The notes below the pieces were generated by a model that saw only the letters and a list, made by a program, of their open reading frames with translations, was not told where the DNA came from and searched no databases. 64,000 bases of DNA, taken from assembly GCA_965649825.1 (NCBI GenBank), contig OZ287717.1, positions 158,556 through 222,555 on the forward strand, given 5' to 3'. The DNA comes from Penicillus capitatus (Eukaryota; Plantae; Chlorophyta). Numbering within the stretch: the stretch's first letter is position 1; every line of letters begins with the position of its first letter. Shown here one piece after another: positions 59,621 through 64,000 of this stretch. Position numbers and translations under genes: made by a program.

Positions 59621-62549
59621 ATCTCCGAAGGAAGTCACGATGGACATTGTGCAGCGTCGAACCATTGGGCATACGGATATCCCAACGGTGGTCACTATGT
59701 TCCTTTACTACCACACAAGGATAGACCCATTTGGAGTATAGTTTGGAGTCGAGGCGGTCGGCCAACTTTGAGTTGTACCACGAGACCTCTGCTCCCACTT
59801 CCATGGAACGGTTCTTGACTTTCTTGTGGTGTCTTGTCTTATTTTGCTGGTGTGCCTTGATTATTCGTTGATATGCTAGTCCTCGGTCGGTGTCTAACTG
59901 TTGTGGACTAGTTGTCGTGCCGTTCCGTTGTGTGCCAGTCAGAAGGTATTGTGGACAGAACAGAGTCGTACTATGGATCGTTCGGTTGATCTCATGCACG
60001 CTCGTGCTCACATGTGTCGTCCAATCACCTCCCTTTTCCGCCCATATCCTCCGAAGTCGATTTACGAGGTTTCGGTTGAACGCCTCGACAGTGCCCGCAC
60101 TTTTGTGGGAATAGGTTGGCGTATGTAGCAGATCTATTCCGTGCTGTGCGCAGGTACTCTCGAAGCTCCTGGCAATGAAGGCGCTTCCGTTGTCGCATAG
60201 GATTCTTTGTGGAGCCCCAAAGTTTCGTGCCCATTCGAGTACCAGCTTAATAGCCTGTGCTGCCGAGCACGTCTTACATGGGCGCCCCACGCCAAACTTA
60301 GTGAAAGCGTCGATCCCGGTAGCGATATACCGAAACCCGTGGCTGCCACGGTTCAGCGGTCCTATGAAGTCTAGACACAGTGTGTGGTTCGGGGATGGAC
60401 TGTCAATCATACCCAAGTCCACCTCCGACCGTGGGTTGCGAAACATTTGGCACGTCTCGCAGTTATTGACGTAATCTCGCACGTCATTGAAGTCGTTCGT
60501 CCAGCGGGTTCCGTCGGACCGCAGGTTCAGGAATGTCTTCTTGACCCCGAAGTGGCCTGCATGAGCCTTTTTGATGAGCTCGGTCCGTTCGTCCGGAGTG
60601 AGGGATACGGAGTTTACCTGATATCCCTGTTGCTTCTTCTTGGTGTGAAATTCGACAGGTGCGTTGTCTCTCCATCGGCTGAGAAGATCCGCTATCACGT
60701 TGTCCTTCCCCTCTACAAAACAGAAGTGGAGACGATCATGGGAAAAGTGGTGCCGGAGCCAGCAATGCTGTCTCTGGATCCGGAGGTCCTTGAACTTGTG
60801 CAGGAATGTGGGCTCCTTGAGCCAATTGACCGTAGCCATGTTGTCGGAGTAAACGAATACCTCCGTCTGCTTGATCACAAAGTAACATTCCTTCAAGGCC
60901 CGTACTATTCCCATCAATTCTCCCAGAAAACTTCCGACCCTCTGTTTCGTCGTGAAGGATCCAAAGAGAACAGGTTGCAAGGTCGAGTTAAGCAATACGT
61001 ATCCGAACTGGTTGAGTGGGTTACCACACCAATCCGTATACAGATGGAATGGCCCCCTTCTTTCCAACGTCAGTCGGTACGTACTGATGCATAGAGATTG
61101 AACTGCGTCCTTGTAGATCTCGTCAGCTTTGGTGTAGTCATTGTGTTCGCGCTTCAGGAATGGCTTGAGCCGCGTAACGATCGCGTCGTATTTGTAACAG
61201 TACTGTGCCAGTTGCTGGCACAGACCCATGGCCTTCTGAACGTCGTGACGTGATGTGATTGTCGGCAACTTCTGGAGTATGGCCTGGGCCCTGTGGTAGG
61301 GGTTTAGCGTCCCGGCACTCAGCTCAGTACCCAGAAAGCTCACCGACGTCTCAAACCAGTCACACTTTTGGCAGTTGATCGTCAGGCCATATTCGTCGAA
61401 ACGTTTCAATAAAAGCTTGGTCTTGTCGAGGAGTTCCTCCTCGGTTTCGCCGCCGATCAATATGTCATCAAAGTATCGGACCACATCCAACCCTTGTAGG
61501 ATGTGGGTCATGCGGTTATTAAAAAGCTCCGGACTGACGTTGACGCCCTGCGGCAGTCTCCGAAAGCCGTACGTCACGCCGTTCCAATGGAGTGCAAAGA
61601 AAAGCGAAATACTGTCATCGATGGGGATGGAGCCGTAGCCGTGAACAATGTCCACGATGGTGTATACGGTCCACTTGGGATCCACCTTCTGGATGATGTT
61701 GGACACCGGAATGATGGTCCCCCCTTGCGTCCCTTCGAGGTACGTGTTGATGTCGCGGAAGTCAATGGTGGGCCGGATCTTGCCATTCGGTTTGCGTATA
61801 AAGTTCAAAGGTGCTACGACGGCGTGTATTGCCTCGGCAACAGACAACGGTCGTATGACACCCTCCTTGTTTAGCGAATCGATCTCTTTTGAGATCTCTT
61901 CGTTGGTGAGATCCGAGACGTAGTTCTCCCTCCAGCATGGCTTAGGCTCGCCGTGCCAACAAAGATCCCTGTCGCGGACCCTGATGTCCCACAGCCTACT
62001 GGTCGTCGGGCGAATGGTGTCCGAAAAGACCAGGGGAAATTCTTCTCTTAGCCGAGCCACTATCGCATCCTTGTCGATTGGTGTAGTGATGCTCATGATA
62101 TTGACACGTTTGGTCTTTATTCGCAGCGGGTACTCTGTCCCATCAACATCGACGATGGATTCCACGTCACCCTTGGCACAGCACAATCGCATCTTGCTGG
62201 TGATATGCTGTGGAACATCGGATTGGTTGAAGATTACCACACTGATCTGACCATTCGTGTGTACCTTGACCTTGCAGAAAATGTTTTTATTGTGGGTGCA
62301 GTCAAAGAATGCAGTCCAGGTTGTTGTTTCCGAGAACTTGAAAGGTAAGATGATACGGCGACTCCGAAAGGGTCCTAACACAAAACTTCTCCCTGCCATG
62401 AAGACGATCCAGCCGTTTTGCTTGAATGGGAATAGCTCCCGGTCAATGGATTCTGTGACTTGGAGTGGTGAAGGTGTTAGTCTTTCTTCTTGTCTATTTG
62501 GCGGTGTCTCGTCGTTCCAGTTCGATTTCACTAGTACCAGGCGTTTCAC
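59607..62549 (-). CDS. pol: Pol: dUTPase-like segment, reverse transcriptase, RNase H, integrase
   Basis: RPTIDFRDIN, RLPQG, YFDD; LYTD, GELMG, YSDN, IADLLSR; HAGHFG...CETC; LDFIG, CDNG, VEAFN. The frame is open upstream to the slippery site. Confidence 0.95.
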   Translation of the reverse strand: MKRLVLVKSNWNDETPPNRQEERLTPSPLQVTESIDRELFPFKQNGWIVFMAGRSFVLGPFRSRRIILPFKFSETTTWTAFFDCTHNKNIFCKVKVHTNGQISVVIFNQSDVPQHITSKMRLCCAKGDVESIVDVDGTEYPLRIKTKRVNIMSITTPIDKDAIVARLREEFPLVFSDTIRPTTSRLWDIRVRDRDLCWHGEPKPCWRENYVSDLTNEEISKEIDSLNKEGVIRPLSVAEAIHAVVAPLNFIRKPNGKIRPTIDFRDINTYLEGTQGGTIIPVSNIIQKVDPKWTVYTIVDIVHGYGSIPIDDSISLFFALHWNGVTYGFRRLPQGVNVSPELFNNRMTHILQGLDVVRYFDDILIGGETEEELLDKTKLLLKRFDEYGLTINCQKCDWFETSVSFLGTELSAGTLNPYHRAQAILQKLPTITSRHDVQKAMGLCQQLAQYCYKYDAIVTRLKPFLKREHNDYTKADEIYKDAVQSLCISTYRLTLERRGPFHLYTDWCGNPLNQFGYVLLNSTLQPVLFGSFTTKQRVGSFLGELMGIVRALKECYFVIKQTEVFVYSDNMATVNWLKEPTFLHKFKDLRIQRQHCWLRHHFSHDRLHFCFVEGKDNVIADLLSRWRDNAPVEFHTKKKQQGYQVNSVSLTPDERTELIKKAHAGHFGVKKTFLNLRSDGTRWTNDFNDVRDYVNNCETCQMFRNPRSEVDLGMIDSPSPNHTLCLDFIGPLNRGSHGFRYIATGIDAFTKFGVGRPCKTCSAAQAIKLVLEWARNFGAPQRILCDNGSAFIARSFESTCAQHGIDLLHTPTYSHKSAGTVEAFNRNLVNRLRRIWAEKGGDWTTHVSTSVHEINRTIHSTTLFCPQYLLTGTQRNGTTTSPQQLDTDRGLAYQRIIKAHQQNKTRHHKKVKNRSMEVGAEVSWYNSKLADRLDSKLYSKWVYPCVVVKEHSDHRWDIRMPNGSTLHNVHRDFLRRLDRR

Positions 62550-62599
62550 GTGCGGCTTCTGTTGTGCGTCATGCGCCTGCTGAAAAACAGGCTGGTCCC

Positions 62600-64000
62600 T
62601 CAGTTTTTTGAAACAGAAACGTTGTGGATGAGTATTTTGTTACCTTTGTCGTCATAGACTGCATCCTCCTCGCAGTTGAGCTGCAACTTGAATGCCTGAA
62701 GGGCCTGCATTCCCAGAATCGGGCGTTGGACACCTTCACAGACGACAAATGGTATCTCGGCGCTCTGTTTCCCGAGGGTGCACAACAAAGAGATCTCGCC
62801 ACTCGTCTTGGTCGTCTTGTTGTTAAAGCTGGTCACGTCCCGAACTTTCGACGACCTTAGGACCAAGTTGTGTTTCCTCGCCAGCTTCGCTGGAAGGACA
62901 TTCGTTTGCGCACCGGTATCCAGCAGGCAAGAGATCTTTCCGGCAATGTCCTCCATGTTGAGTGGGACATTGTACTGTAACATCCTTCGAGACTCTTGGC
63001 GCTGTACCGGATTCGTCTGTGCCACGGTCCTTGATTCTGGTGCCTTTGGAGTTTTCGTGACCGTGGGGCAGTCCTTCCAGGAGTGGCCTTTCTGACCGCA
63101 TCTTTCGCAGGTGTGCCCGACGTCTTGACGCATGTTCTTCCGGCTATCCGCCCTGGCGTGTCCTCGACTGTTCTGTTCCTGTTCCAGACACTCGTCGATG
63201 ATCAGTTGCACACGCGGCCAATTCTCTGCATTTCCCCATGGCAACCCACGCAGGCGTGACTGGATGTGTGCATTCGCGATGTTGAAGATCCGCTCAGTCG
63301 CTGTAGCGTACTTGAGTGGGTCTTGTACCAACTCAAGTAGCTTCGACATTCTTCGTGCGAACTGAGACAGATTCTCCTTTCGTTTGGGCAACAGCGTGTG
63401 CACGTCCTTCATGGAGGGTCCCTTCTCGTTGTGTCTTGTGGGTGCGTGACTCACTGGTGTGCGTGGGGTTGCGGCATCCTTTTCCTGACGCTTTTGTCCC
63501 TCTTGCTGTCGTCGCGTGGCCTTTTGAACGTCGGGTGACAATTCAGGGTGATGCTGCTCACAGCTAACCTGCTGAATTCGTGTCCGATCCTCGACTGCTT
63601 CTAATCGCTGTCCGATACTGGTAAAGCTCGCTTCAAGACTTGTCTCCATTCTCCCTTGTCTATTGACAAGTCTCCTTTCGAGGTCTTCGGCGCGTCTCAT
63701 GAGCTCCTCTTGAATTGCCTGTATACCTTCCATCAGGGATTGTATTAAGCCTCCTTGTTCAGTGTCTCGACGGGTCTCTGATAACGGATCTGGGTGGATT
63801 TCAGTCACTATATTCTGTTGGTTTGCCCGTCGTGGCGACTGCTGAGGCGGCGGAGGCGGTGGCGACTGCTGAGCCGGCGGAGGCGGTGGCGACTGCTGAG
63901 CCGGCGGAGGCGGTGGCGACTGCTGAGCCGGCGGAGGCGGTGGCGACTGCTGAGCCGACTCCTGGGTGGTCTGTTCTTGAGTCGGTTGTTGCGCCTGAGC
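62600..64000 (-). CDS. gag: Gag-protease ORF, open to the window edge
   Basis: Zinc knuckle CERCGQKGHSWKDC and aspartic protease LLDTGAQ are in the same ORF; the frame has no stop between 64000 and 62600. Confidence 0.9.
   Translation of the reverse strand, partial: AQAQQPTQEQTTQESAQQSPPPPPAQQSPPPPPAQQSPPPPPAQQSPPPPPPQQSPRRANQQNIVTEIHPDPLSETRRDTEQGGLIQSLMEGIQAIQEELMRRAEDLERRLVNRQGRMETSLEASFTSIGQRLEAVEDRTRIQQVSCEQHHPELSPDVQKATRRQQEGQKRQEKDAATPRTPVSHAPTRHNEKGPSMKDVHTLLPKRKENLSQFARRMSKLLELVQDPLKYATATERIFNIANAHIQSRLRGLPWGNAENWPRVQLIIDECLEQEQNSRGHARADSRKNMRQDVGHTCERCGQKGHSWKDCPTVTKTPKAPESRTVAQTNPVQRQESRRMLQYNVPLNMEDIAGKISCLLDTGAQTNVLPAKLARKHNLVLRSSKVRDVTSFNNKTTKTSGEISLLCTLGKQSAEIPFVVCEGVQRPILGMQALQAFKLQLNCEEDAVYDDKGNKILIHNVSVSKN
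62603..62609 (-). promoter_or_regulatory. Putative -1 ribosomal frameshift site A_AAA_AAC
   Basis: Minus strand TCA AAA AAC TGA. The -1 frame reads KKLRDQPVFQQAHDAQQKPHVKRLV, continuous with pol. Confidence 0.8.
63832..63957. repeat. 27-bp tandem repeat (about 4.7 copies) encoding (AQQSPPPPP)n in Gag
   Basis: Unit gtggcgactgctgagccggcggaggcg, in frame with the gag ORF. Confidence 0.9.

Larger units (their letters stand above)
59293..64000 (-). mobile_element. Ty3/gypsy LTR retrotransposon, 5' part beyond the window
   Basis: Domain order Gag-PR-RT-RNaseH-IN, polypurine tract and 3' LTR; both ORFs are uninterrupted. Confidence 0.95.

Noticed and set aside
59607-62583. Plus-strand ORFs opposite pol (for example 60384-61094, 236 aa)
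   Set aside because: Antisense shadows of a long coding frame, with no recognisable motifs.
1-64000. Alternative genetic code (TAA/TAG = Gln, as in some ulvophytes)
   Set aside because: BdhA ends at its conserved GGWTAR with TAG, ATG8 ends with TAA, and conserved exons show no in-frame TAA/TAG.
1-64000. tRNA, rRNA or other structured ncRNA genes
   Set aside because: None recognised by eye; a covariance-model scan would be needed to exclude them.

Overview
Eukaryotic, intron-rich but compact DNA (most introns about 45-65 nt, standard genetic code) from a photosynthetic green-lineage organism; a siphonous, Bryopsidales-like green alga is my inference, not something the sequence proves. Bases 1-35 kb are a dense gene block: Psb27-H2/LPA19, a saccharopine-dehydrogenase-like oxidoreductase, a BdhA-type SDR, two tandem TANGO2/NRDE genes, a multi-KH RNA-binding protein, a twin-CX9C protein, ATG8 and several hypothetical genes. 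It also holds two full-length MyTH4-FERM-kinesin-14 (KCBP) genes plus an inverted, chimeric, motor-less third copy. Bases 35-64 kb are an accessory block: five predicted pseudokinases that share an unrecognised C-terminal domain, the same domain fused to an NLR-type ARM-like region with no NTPase, a decayed copy of the domain, and an intact-looking Ty3/gypsy element inserted into the fifth kinase. Exon boundaries were placed by eye and domain calls come from motif recognition, not database searches.
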